This document shows, in pieces, positions 18,669 to 25,746 of a DNA stretch of 64,000 nt. A program made the position numbers and the translations under genes. A model generated the notes under the pieces. It worked only from the letters and a program-made list of their open reading frames with translations. It searched no databases and was not told the origin of the DNA. Numbering within the stretch: the stretch's first letter is position 1; each line of letters opens with the position of its first letter. The DNA comes from Flammeovirgaceae bacterium (GTDB lineage Bacteria > Bacteroidota > Bacteroidia > Cytophagales > Cyclobacteriaceae): assembly GCA_024638265.1 (NCBI GenBank), contig JAHEKQ010000011.1:1333-65332 (forward strand), written 5' to 3'.

Positions 18669-19253
18669 GTGAATACTGAAGAGGAAAAATATTGGACCGA
18701 GCGTTACCGCAACCATCAAACCGGTTGGGACATTGGTGGAGTTTCAACTCCAATAAAGGAATCTATAGAACAGCTGGAGGATACGTCCATCAAGATCCTG
18801 ATCCCCGGTGCCGGAAATGGATACGAAGCCGAATTTCTTCATGATAAGGGATTTCATAACGTCACTGTACTTGATATAAGTGAAGAACCGCTAAATAACC
18901 TTCAGGAGCGATGCCCCACTTTTCCATCAGAGAACCTCATACATGGAGATTTCTTCTCACACCAAGGTCAGTACGACCTGATCCTGGAACAGACCTTTTT
19001 CTCAGCCATCCATCCCTCCATGCGGACCGATTATCGCGACCAAATGAAAAACTTGCTCCGTCCCGGAGGCAAGCTCGTTGGCCTTCTATGGGGAGTACCT
19101 ATGAATACGGACCATCCACCCTATGGAGGTTCCCGCGAAGAATATCAGAAACTATTCGAAGGACATTTCCAGATTAAGGTTCTTGAAGAGTGTTATAACT
19201 CGATACCGCCGAGGCAGGGTGCGGAGTTGTTTGTGGTGTTATCCCTCTGGTAG
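18669..19253 (+). CDS. SAM-dependent methyltransferase, thiopurine S-methyltransferase (TPMT)-like
   Basis: N-terminal YWTERYRNHQTGWD plus the SAM motif ILIPGAGNGYEA, typical of the TPMT family. No in-frame ATG precedes the conserved region; GTG at 18669 is the best start. The 318 aa track ORF is a TTG-extended antisense read-through. Confidence 0.7.
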   Translation: MNTEEEKYWTERYRNHQTGWDIGGVSTPIKESIEQLEDTSIKILIPGAGNGYEAEFLHDKGFHNVTVLDISEEPLNNLQERCPTFPSENLIHGDFFSHQGQYDLILEQTFFSAIHPSMRTDYRDQMKNLLRPGGKLVGLLWGVPMNTDHPPYGGSREEYQKLFEGHFQIKVLEECYNSIPPRQGAELFVVLSLW

Positions 19254-19327
19254 TCCTGTTCTCCTCACGCCAACCCCCAGCCAAAGGCCTTGCTTCGCTG
19301 AAGCTACGCGAAGGCGAGCGGACAAAG

Positions 19328-19345
19328 CTCTCCTCGCCAGGAGAG
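19328..19345. repeat. Degenerate copy of the CTCC-loop-GGAG hairpin family
   Basis: ctctcc tcgcca ggagag, followed by gggg; a 6 bp stem. Confidence 0.5.
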
Positions 19346-19386
19346 GGGCTTACTTATAGACATCTCCGGTTTGATTCTTGATTTCC

Positions 19387-19476
19387 TCCCCTAACCCCTG
19401 CTTGTTGCGATATACCTCAAGACCTACCCCCTTCTCTTTGCGATATACCTCATCCCCTAACCCCTTCTCCATATCC
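19387..19476. repeat. C-rich tandem array, period 33 bp, about 2.7 units
   Basis: Exact 15-mer ttgcgatatacctca at 19405 and 19438. Exact 13-mer tcccctaacccct at 19387 and 19453. Confidence 0.85.
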
Positions 19477-19488
19477 ATGGAGAAGGGG
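19461..19488. repeat. Perfect 12 bp hairpin ccccttctccat-atcc-atggagaagggg
   Basis: Both arms are exact reverse complements, with a 4 nt loop. Confidence 0.9.
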
Positions 19489-19531
19489 GACAATGTATCC
19501 CAAAATCTTAAAACACTTCGATAAATCTTCT

Positions 19532-19558
19532 CCCCTCTCCATTTCACATGGAGAGGGG
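19532..19558. repeat. Perfect 11 bp hairpin cccctctccat-ttcac-atggagagggg
   Basis: Both arms are exact reverse complements. Sister copy of the hairpin at 19461-19488. Confidence 0.9.
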
Positions 19559-19560
19559 CC

Positions 19561-19644
19561 GGGGGAGAGGTCTACGACGAACCCCAGGGGTCGGGGGAGA
19601 GGTCTACGACGAACCCCAGGGGTCGGGGGAGAGGTCTACGACGA
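19561..19644. repeat. G-rich tandem array of the 32-mer gggggagaggtctacgacgaaccccaggggtc, 2.6 units
   Basis: Copies at 19561-19592 and 19593-19624 are identical, and a third copy is identical over its first 20 nt. The reverse complement aligns to the 33 bp unit of the left array at 21 of 32 positions (manual alignment). Confidence 0.9.
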
Positions 19645-19650
19645 GCATGA

Positions 19651-19678
19651 GGGGACGTGGGGACGTGGGGACGATGGG
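19651..19678 (+). other. Canonical G-quadruplex motif (GGGG-ACGT-GGGG-ACGT-GGGG-ACGAT-GGG)
   Basis: Four G-tracts of at least 3 G separated by 4-5 nt loops. Read directly from the sequence. Confidence 0.6.
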
Positions 19679-19779
19679 AAATAAAAGTGTAGGGTTCAAA
19701 GTGAAGAACGCCCCGGTGTCCGGGATCCTGCTTCATGCCTCCTGACTCGTGAACCCCTGTCCCGTGAACACTTGAACTT

Positions 19780-20547
19780 CTAATACTCCAGCACATAATG
19801 CTGCTTCCGCAGCGACGGGTCAAAGAGAATAATTCCCAGGCTGAACAGGTCGATACTGAGTAATACTTCCGTTTGGTTCTTGATTTCCTCCCAGGCTTTT
19901 TCCATTTCTGGGGAATAGTGAATGTCATCAAAAATAAAGACGCTTTCATCGTGGGCCCGGTTTTGGCACCAGTGGTAATAGTTCATTGTCGGTTGGTAGG
20001 CGTGGTTAGCATCAAAATACACGAAGTCAATCTTTTCGGACCTGTCAAGGTAGTAAGGAAGTGTCCTGTCTATATCACCAATGATCAGCTTGATATTTTC
20101 CGCTCCGAGTTTAATGAAATTGGCATTGGCTATATCGGCGGTATTTTTACACCCTTCAAAAGTGGTGACCTTTGCATTGGGTATCCGGCTTAAGTACAAG
20201 CTATTGAGGCCGAAGGAAGTACCGAGTTCTACGATATGTTCACATTCGAAATATTCAGCAATACTCTTCAGAAGTACAGATTTTGACGGAGAAGAAGAAA
20301 CGCCCTTTACAATTTCTGAAACCGACCGTACCGGGTTTCGTCCCTTGCCAGTACCGAAATCTGTTACATCGATCTCCAGGCTTGATTTTGACAACTCAAA
20401 GCGAATAGATTCAATTTCCAGGTCTGATTTCCAGTGTTTGCTGGGCTTTATTATCTTCCTGTAAAGGTCGTAGATCAAGGGAGAATGAAGTGAATGTTCA
20501 TTCACCTTGTACAGAAAATACCTAAACAGGGCTAGAATTCGGAACAA
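19780..20547 (-). CDS. Class I SAM-dependent methyltransferase (O-methyltransferase-like)
   Basis: SAM-binding motif VELGTSFGLNSLYL and acidic-loop TTFEG. Only a TTG start (20547) is available, 2 nt after the apaG stop. Confidence 0.75.
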   Translation of the reverse strand: MFRILALFRYFLYKVNEHSLHSPLIYDLYRKIIKPSKHWKSDLEIESIRFELSKSSLEIDVTDFGTGKGRNPVRSVSEIVKGVSSSPSKSVLLKSIAEYFECEHIVELGTSFGLNSLYLSRIPNAKVTTFEGCKNTADIANANFIKLGAENIKLIIGDIDRTLPYYLDRSEKIDFVYFDANHAYQPTMNYYHWCQNRAHDESVFIFDDIHYSPEMEKAWEEIKNQTEVLLSIDLFSLGIILFDPSLRKQHYVLEY

Positions 20548-20548
20548 A

Positions 20549-20935
20549 TCAATTCAGCTTGAAGGGAGCAGCCATCTGAAATTCAGGAATATTGATCTTC
20601 AACACCTTTCCATCCAGCATTCTCTCTACTTCATAATATCCCCACATCTTTCCAATGCCGGATTTAAGTGTTGATCCTGAAACATATTCATGATGCTCAC
20701 CGGGTTCGATAACCGGCTGCTGTCCCACAACACCATCTCCAGAAACTTCCCTCTTGGAAAATGCTGCATCGTGGATATGCCAAAACCTGCGCACCAGCTT
20801 AATTGTATGACTGCTCTGGTTTTCGATACGAATCTTATACGTGAAGACATAATGGTACTGACTCGGACTGGAATATCCTGGCTGGTACTCGGTCTCAACG
20901 GTGACCTTTATACCATTCGTCTTTTTAGTTACCAT
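20549..20935 (-). CDS. apaG: ApaG (DUF525) protein
   Basis: GIKVTVETEYQPGYSSP...YVFTYKIRIEN...WHI is a typical ApaG fold signature. The first ATG is at 20935; the track start at 20941 is GTG. Confidence 0.85.
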   Translation of the reverse strand: MVTKKTNGIKVTVETEYQPGYSSPSQYHYVFTYKIRIENQSSHTIKLVRRFWHIHDAAFSKREVSGDGVVGQQPVIEPGEHHEYVSGSTLKSGIGKMWGYYEVERMLDGKVLKINIPEFQMAAPFKLN

Positions 20936-20993
20936 TTTCACTTTAAGGAAACGCTCTTTAAAATAACGCAGTGGAAATTAACAAGTTTAGAAT

Positions 20994-21001
20994 TAGATTT
21001 G
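20994..21001 (+). promoter_or_regulatory. Candidate -7 promoter box (TAGATTTG) for ung
   Basis: Match to TAnnTTTG, 23 nt upstream of the ATG at 21025. Confidence 0.45.
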
Positions 21002-21024
21002 CCAACCTGTGATCAATTTTATTT

Positions 21025-21687
21025 ATGGAGGTTCAGATAGAAGAATCGTGGAAAAAACAGCTGCAACCTGAATTTGAAAAAGAATATTTCCAGGAACTGG
21101 TACATTTTGTAAAAGGGGAATACCAAAGTGAAACGGTATATCCGCCGGGGCCCGAGATCTTCGCAGCCTTTGATCATTGTCCTCTCGATAGTCTGAAAGT
21201 CCTGATCGTTGGCCAGGATCCATATCACGGTCCGGGCCAGGCTAATGGATTATGTTTTTCCGTAAAAAAGGGTGTCCGTAAACCGCCTTCGCTCCAGAAT
21301 ATATTCAAGGAGTTGCATTCAGACATTGGAAAACCTATTCCGGAACATGGAGATTTGACTCATTGGGCTGACCAAGGGGTCATGCTGCTCAATGCAACTT
21401 TAACTGTTCGCGCTCATTCCCCCGGGAGTCATCAAAAATACGGTTGGGAAGAGTTTACCGATAAAGTGATTGAAACCGTATCGGGGCAGAAAGAAGGAAT
21501 AGTTTTTCTGCTGTGGGGGGCCTTTGCACAGAAAAAAGAGGAACTGATTGATCATACAAAGCACCTCATACTCAAATCGGCCCACCCCTCCCCTTTCTCC
21601 GCCGACCGCGGCTTCTTCGGGAACCGTCATTTCTCCAAGACTAATGACTACCTGAAGAGCCGTGGAGTGAGGGACATTGAGTGGTGA
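21025..21687 (+). CDS. ung: Uracil-DNA glycosylase (family 1)
   Basis: Catalytic motif VLIVGQDPYHG and C-terminal HPSPFS motif; 220 aa. Confidence 0.95.
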   Translation: MEVQIEESWKKQLQPEFEKEYFQELVHFVKGEYQSETVYPPGPEIFAAFDHCPLDSLKVLIVGQDPYHGPGQANGLCFSVKKGVRKPPSLQNIFKELHSDIGKPIPEHGDLTHWADQGVMLLNATLTVRAHSPGSHQKYGWEEFTDKVIETVSGQKEGIVFLLWGAFAQKKEELIDHTKHLILKSAHPSPFSADRGFFGNRHFSKTNDYLKSRGVRDIEW

Positions 21688-21715
21688 GTTAGTGGGTTGG
21701 TGAGTTGGTGGGTTG
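21684..21715. repeat. Two tandem 16-mers (gtgagttagtgggttg / gtgagttggtgggttg) overlapping the ung stop codon
   Basis: 15 of 16 positions identical; read directly. Confidence 0.7.
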
Positions 21716-21759
21716 ACCTTGACTGACTAACCGTCCAACCGATTCACTATCTTTATACT

Positions 21760-22308
21760 ATGAGACGGATCATCAATACGGTAGTAATTGTGATTCTTAG
21801 TATCACAAGCTTGGGATTGCTAATATATGCCTTCGACCAACAAGTTGAAGCTCAGCACCAATTAAAAATTGCCTTGAAACACATTGAACGAGTGCACAAG
21901 TTGGAAAATGAACTTGCAGTGTTAAAATCAGGTAGTCCTATCAAGGCTAACTTCTCAGCCCTGATTGTAAATGATGTAGAAGTATCAATTGACTGGTATC
22001 GGGAAATACTTGGATTTGAGGTAGTGGATTCGACAATCAGTGAGGAAAGGGGGCTAAAGCAGCATAACCTCGAGAACGGGGCATCGCGGTTGGAACTGAT
22101 TGAGATCACCAGTGCTGTCGATCCCCCGGATGGGAGAGTCAAGGGTATATTTAAAATCGGGTACAGCGTAGCAGATTTTGACAGCTGGGTAAAACGCCTG
22201 GAAAGCGAGGTGAGCCTTGATGAAATTGTCACCGACCCGGTGGAAGGCAAAAGAACAATGGTCCTTACAGATCTGGAAGGAAACAGGATCCAATTATTCG
22301 AACAATGA
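21760..22308 (+). CDS. VOC/glyoxalase-family domain protein with N-terminal membrane anchor
   Basis: TM helix (INTVVIVILSITSLGLLIYAF), then a single glyoxalase-like beta-alpha-beta module (VNDVEVSIDWYREILGFEV...LELIE). Confidence 0.65.
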   Translation: MRRIINTVVIVILSITSLGLLIYAFDQQVEAQHQLKIALKHIERVHKLENELAVLKSGSPIKANFSALIVNDVEVSIDWYREILGFEVVDSTISEERGLKQHNLENGASRLELIEITSAVDPPDGRVKGIFKIGYSVADFDSWVKRLESEVSLDEIVTDPVEGKRTMVLTDLEGNRIQLFEQ

Positions 22309-22787
22309 ACATTATTCGGACAAATTCCGGAAATACCGATTTCCAGGGATTAGTGGTCTTTTTGAACCAATACCTGAAAACCGTTGATGGAGACGACCAC
22401 GAGTTTTACCATCAATTCAACGGAATCGAAAAACTTCAACATGTAGTAGTGGTCAATGAGGGTGATAAAGCAGTTTCCTGCGGGGCAATGAAGCCGTTCG
22501 GAGCTGCTGGAATGGAGATCAAGAGAATGTATACAGTTCCTGAATATAGAGGTAAGGGCCTCGCCCGCATGATTTTGAACGAACTGGAATCCTGGGCTGC
22601 GGAACTCGGCAAATCAAGTTGTGTTCTTGAAACAGGAAAACGACAGGTCGAGGCGGTAAAACTCTATGAAAAATATGGTTATGAAAGGATCCCTAATTTC
22701 GATCCCTATGAGCAAATGGATAATAGTCTGTGTTTTGAAAAGGTGTTAGATGCTAATCAGAATTCCTCAGCGCCTGGAAGCGCTTAA
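22305..22787 (+). CDS. GNAT-family N-acetyltransferase
   Basis: Acetyl-CoA binding motif RGKGLARMIL. ATGA overlap with the upstream VOC gene. Confidence 0.85.
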   Translation: MNIIRTNSGNTDFQGLVVFLNQYLKTVDGDDHEFYHQFNGIEKLQHVVVVNEGDKAVSCGAMKPFGAAGMEIKRMYTVPEYRGKGLARMILNELESWAAELGKSSCVLETGKRQVEAVKLYEKYGYERIPNFDPYEQMDNSLCFEKVLDANQNSSAPGSA

Positions 22788-22806
22788 TCCACAACTACAA
22801 TAATTG

Positions 22807-22850
22807 TGTAATTATTTGTATGATTAATTATGTAATTAATTGTATGATTA
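22807..22850. repeat. AT-rich direct repeat, two 20-mers (tgtaattatttgtatgatta / tgtaattaattgtatgatta) 24 bp apart
   Basis: 19 of 20 positions identical. The second copy contains the stop codon of the TPR gene. Confidence 0.7.
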
Positions 22851-23810
22851 TTTCAACCAATCATTTCGAAAAAGCTCCGCTTCGGCAGCTATGTATCCGA
22901 ATGCTGACCAGCTGCGACCTGAAATCACTTTATTAAAAATTTCCCTCGACCTGGCAGAATCGCCGTTTTGTAAATAATAATTACCGACACCATAGCCCTG
23001 GGTAGCAATCGTGACATCATCCAGTGAATCAAGGTTGTCCGCAAATACCTGGTCTGGAGCCATTATCCCCTTATACATTAGTAATCTCCGATAATAGGAG
23101 TCGTTTTCAAGGATTTCCATATCAGGGGAAATCATCTCGAGAACCACCTCTGCCTCTTCAACATTAGCTTGTTTAAGTAAGGTCATATAGAGCCAATCGG
23201 CTGTTGCTGTGACCAGGTCATCATTGACAGAATAACGCATACACGATCGATAGGCTATCTCAGCGGATTCAAACTCTCCATTTAAATAATAAGCTAATCC
23301 CAGGTGATAATAGATATTGAAATGGGTATTAGATAGAGGAATATTCAATGCATTGGGCATTCCATCTGGTTCTGTTTCCAGTGGCCTTTCACCAATTAGT
23401 TCCGCTGCCTTTTCAAGGTCACTGATTGCTTTGTCAAATTCCCGGATGGAGATATAGCGATGACCACGATGTCGGTAAATTTTATAGGACTCCGGATATC
23501 TTGTCAAGGATTCAGTATAGATTTCAATCGCCTCATTATAACGATTGACGTAGGCCATTCTCCTGCCGTACCAAATGTAATTCTCTTCAGATGGATTATT
23601 TTCCCACCGGATTCGGGCTGAATCCAGTTTTGAATTAAGGGCCCGGGCCGCTTCCTCAGACCTTTCCGGAAGATACAAGGGACTGCCATCCAACCTATAT
23701 GCCTGAACTTCGGAAATGTTTACCTTATCCGTCGAATCATCATCTCCGGAAGTACGTGGAGTACAGGAAACTAATGCTAAAAGGATTACCGCCAGGAATA
23801 TCCACCTCAT
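22848..23810 (-). CDS. TPR-repeat lipoprotein
   Basis: Lipoprotein signal MRWIFLAVILLALVSC and several TPR-like helical pairs (YNEAIEIYTESL..., FDKAISDLEKA..., FESAEIAYRSCM...). ATGA overlap with the upstream SPOR/OmpA gene. Confidence 0.7.
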   Translation of the reverse strand: MRWIFLAVILLALVSCTPRTSGDDDSTDKVNISEVQAYRLDGSPLYLPERSEEAARALNSKLDSARIRWENNPSEENYIWYGRRMAYVNRYNEAIEIYTESLTRYPESYKIYRHRGHRYISIREFDKAISDLEKAAELIGERPLETEPDGMPNALNIPLSNTHFNIYYHLGLAYYLNGEFESAEIAYRSCMRYSVNDDLVTATADWLYMTLLKQANVEEAEVVLEMISPDMEILENDSYYRRLLMYKGIMAPDQVFADNLDSLDDVTIATQGYGVGNYYLQNGDSARSREIFNKVISGRSWSAFGYIAAEAELFRNDWLK

Positions 23811-25648
23811 CTCGTGGGATCCAGCACTTCGACCTCTACCCTCACATTCAGGAAGGCCCTGGGATCAGTTTCTTCGTAGAGCATACGCTTTCCTCCCCAA
23901 CCTTTAATGGTCATACGTTCTTCGGAAACTCCCTGCTCAATTAGCCATTGTTGAATCGTATAGGCTCGTTCCTGGGAAAGTTTTTTCGCAGATCCTGTTG
24001 AGGTTTTATGATCACCGGACATAGAGAAGTAATTCTTATCCTCCTTGTTAAGGTGAATGATTTTACCGGTGCTGCTACCGTTAGTATGGCCATGAAGAAC
24101 AATGTTATAATTCGGATTCTTTCTTATAAACTGCAACAGAGAGTTCAGTTCTGCTTGACTTTCCGGACGCATTATAGCGGCATCCTTGAAATAAAGTACA
24201 TTCCACAGTACTGCCAAATCTCCATGCTGCAGCGGTTCCAGGGGCATGTCAACTATGACGGAATCCCCGTATTCAGAAACCAGGTTCGTCGTATCGGATT
24301 CAAGGTCTGTGATACTGAATTGAACAGATTTGGGTCGGTAGCCGAAGAACCTTGTTACTACTTCTATTGCACCGGTACCGTTTCTAGGGTCATTAACACC
24401 GACCAGGTTATGTGAAGTAACTTCATACATCTTCCTGTTTCTCACAATATCCAGGATATCGAGCCGTCCTACTACCTCCCTCATTGTCTGACTGTTGGTG
24501 GTATTGACATAAACCTTGTAGTCCTCATCGATTTCCGGCTCTTCCTGCATCTGGTCTACCGCCAGGCCTTTGGGGCGTGCATCCTCAAATCCGACGTTGT
24601 CATCCTCTATAAATACAGAATCTGATGGGTTTGTTGAGTTGTTACCCGTTTGATTGCCTGTGGTATTATTACCCGTTGTATTGCCAGTTTGGGTAGTACC
24701 TGTTGTATTCCCGGTCTGGTTACCTTGCTGCGTATTGCCTGTCTGATTGCCTTGCTGGGTATTTCCTGTAGTATTTCCAGTTTGATTCCCCTGCTGGGTA
24801 TTGCCTGTAGTGTTGCCAGTCTGATTACCCTGTTGTGTATTACCGGTGGTATTTCCAGTCTGATTCCCCTGTTGAGTATTTCCGGTAGTGTTTCCGGTCT
24901 GATTTCCCTGCTGGGTATTGCCTGTAGTAGTATTACCAGTCTGGTTGCCCTGTTGGGTATTACCAGTAGTAGTATTACCAGTCTGGTTGCCCTGCTGGGT
25001 ATTGCCTGTTGTGTTTCCCGTCTGGTTGCCCTGTTGGGTGTTACCTGTAGTATTTCCCGTCTGGTTGCCCTGTTGGGTGTCGCCAGTCGTAGTATTACCA
25101 GTTTGATTACCCTGCTGGGTATTACCTGTAGTGTTTCCGGTTTGATTTCCCTGCTGCGTATTACCGGTGGTATTACCAGTCTGGTTGCCTTGTTGATTGT
25201 CGCCGGTTGTGTTGCCACTATTTTGATTATGGCGTTCCAATGCTGCAATTGATTGCTCTACTTGTGCTATTCCCCCATTCCTCTCAACATCAGTTGAATT
25301 CATTGTAATGGGAATTGTAGTATTAGGTTCATAAAGGTTTCCCTTGTAGACCCATGCATCTGAAACCAGTTTTCTCATTTCAAGTACAGCGTCTACGGCT
25401 GTACTTTTTTCAACGGCGATAAGTGTAAACACATAGTGAAGATTCCTGTTGGGATTCCATGCTTTCCTCGCATTGAGGTTTTTTTCCTCTGCCCATTTAA
25501 GGTAATTCTCACTGTTTTTCTGGATGGCAAATGCCCCAATAACGACATAATAATAATCCCTATCGTCCGGAAGATCGATTTGTGCCTTCGCAAAATTGAC
25601 GCATAGCAATAATGCGAGGATACATGTGGTAATTCTAACAGGTTTCAT
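23807..25648 (-). CDS. Exported protein: SPOR-like N-domain, N/Q/T/G tandem-repeat linker of about 200 aa, middle domain, C-terminal OmpA-like peptidoglycan-binding domain
   Basis: Signal peptide MKPVRITTCILALLLCVNFAKA. SPOR-like YYYVVIGAFAIQKNSENYL...HYVF. About 13 copies of GNTQQGNQTGNTT. OmpA-like GHTNG...LSQERAYTIQQWL...GWG...NVRVEVEV. Confidence 0.75.
   Translation of the reverse strand: MKPVRITTCILALLLCVNFAKAQIDLPDDRDYYYVVIGAFAIQKNSENYLKWAEEKNLNARKAWNPNRNLHYVFTLIAVEKSTAVDAVLEMRKLVSDAWVYKGNLYEPNTTIPITMNSTDVERNGGIAQVEQSIAALERHNQNSGNTTGDNQQGNQTGNTTGNTQQGNQTGNTTGNTQQGNQTGNTTTGDTQQGNQTGNTTGNTQQGNQTGNTTGNTQQGNQTGNTTTGNTQQGNQTGNTTTGNTQQGNQTGNTTGNTQQGNQTGNTTGNTQQGNQTGNTTGNTQQGNQTGNTTGNTQQGNQTGNTQQGNQTGNTTGTTQTGNTTGNNTTGNQTGNNSTNPSDSVFIEDDNVGFEDARPKGLAVDQMQEEPEIDEDYKVYVNTTNSQTMREVVGRLDILDIVRNRKMYEVTSHNLVGVNDPRNGTGAIEVVTRFFGYRPKSVQFSITDLESDTTNLVSEYGDSVIVDMPLEPLQHGDLAVLWNVLYFKDAAIMRPESQAELNSLLQFIRKNPNYNIVLHGHTNGSSTGKIIHLNKEDKNYFSMSGDHKTSTGSAKKLSQERAYTIQQWLIEQGVSEERMTIKGWGGKRMLYEETDPRAFLNVRVEVEVLDPTR
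24621..25228 (-). repeat. In-frame 39/42 bp tandem repeat encoding (T)TGNTQQGNQTGNT units
   Basis: The period is visible in both nucleotide and protein sequence. Units differ mainly at synonymous positions (for example ggtattgcc, ggtattacc, ggtatttcc, ggtgttacc). Confidence 0.9.
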
Positions 25649-25746
25649 GAGCTAAAAAAATTCTATAAACACAGCTAAAAATGGAGGCATACCACACCTC
25701 GTTTCATAAAATTACCATAATATAGTTAAAAAGCATGGATTTTGGA

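Noticed and set aside
18612-18719. N-terminal extension of the coiled-coil gene
   Set aside because: It would overlap the conserved start of the divergent TPMT-like gene, and a -7 box sits at 18631-18638 inside the extension.
19561-19644. The 32 bp tandem repeats as a CRISPR array
   Set aside because: The units abut directly with no spacers, there are only 2.6 copies, and no cas genes are nearby.
19350-19949. ORFs 19350-19547(-), 19493-19684(+), 19548-19745(+) and 19572-19949(-) inside the repeat nest
   Set aside because: They are translations of the GC-rich repeats (G/R/E/V low-complexity peptides), overlap each other on both strands, and one runs into the 3' end of the O-MT gene. The open frames are best explained by a lack of stop codons in GC-rich repeats.
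24607-25252. ORFs 24607-25248(-), 24650-25252(+) and 24918-25106(+) in the 39 bp repeat region
   Set aside because: They are alternative frames of the tandem repeat. Only the frame continuous with the signal peptide, SPOR-like and OmpA-like domains makes a coherent protein.
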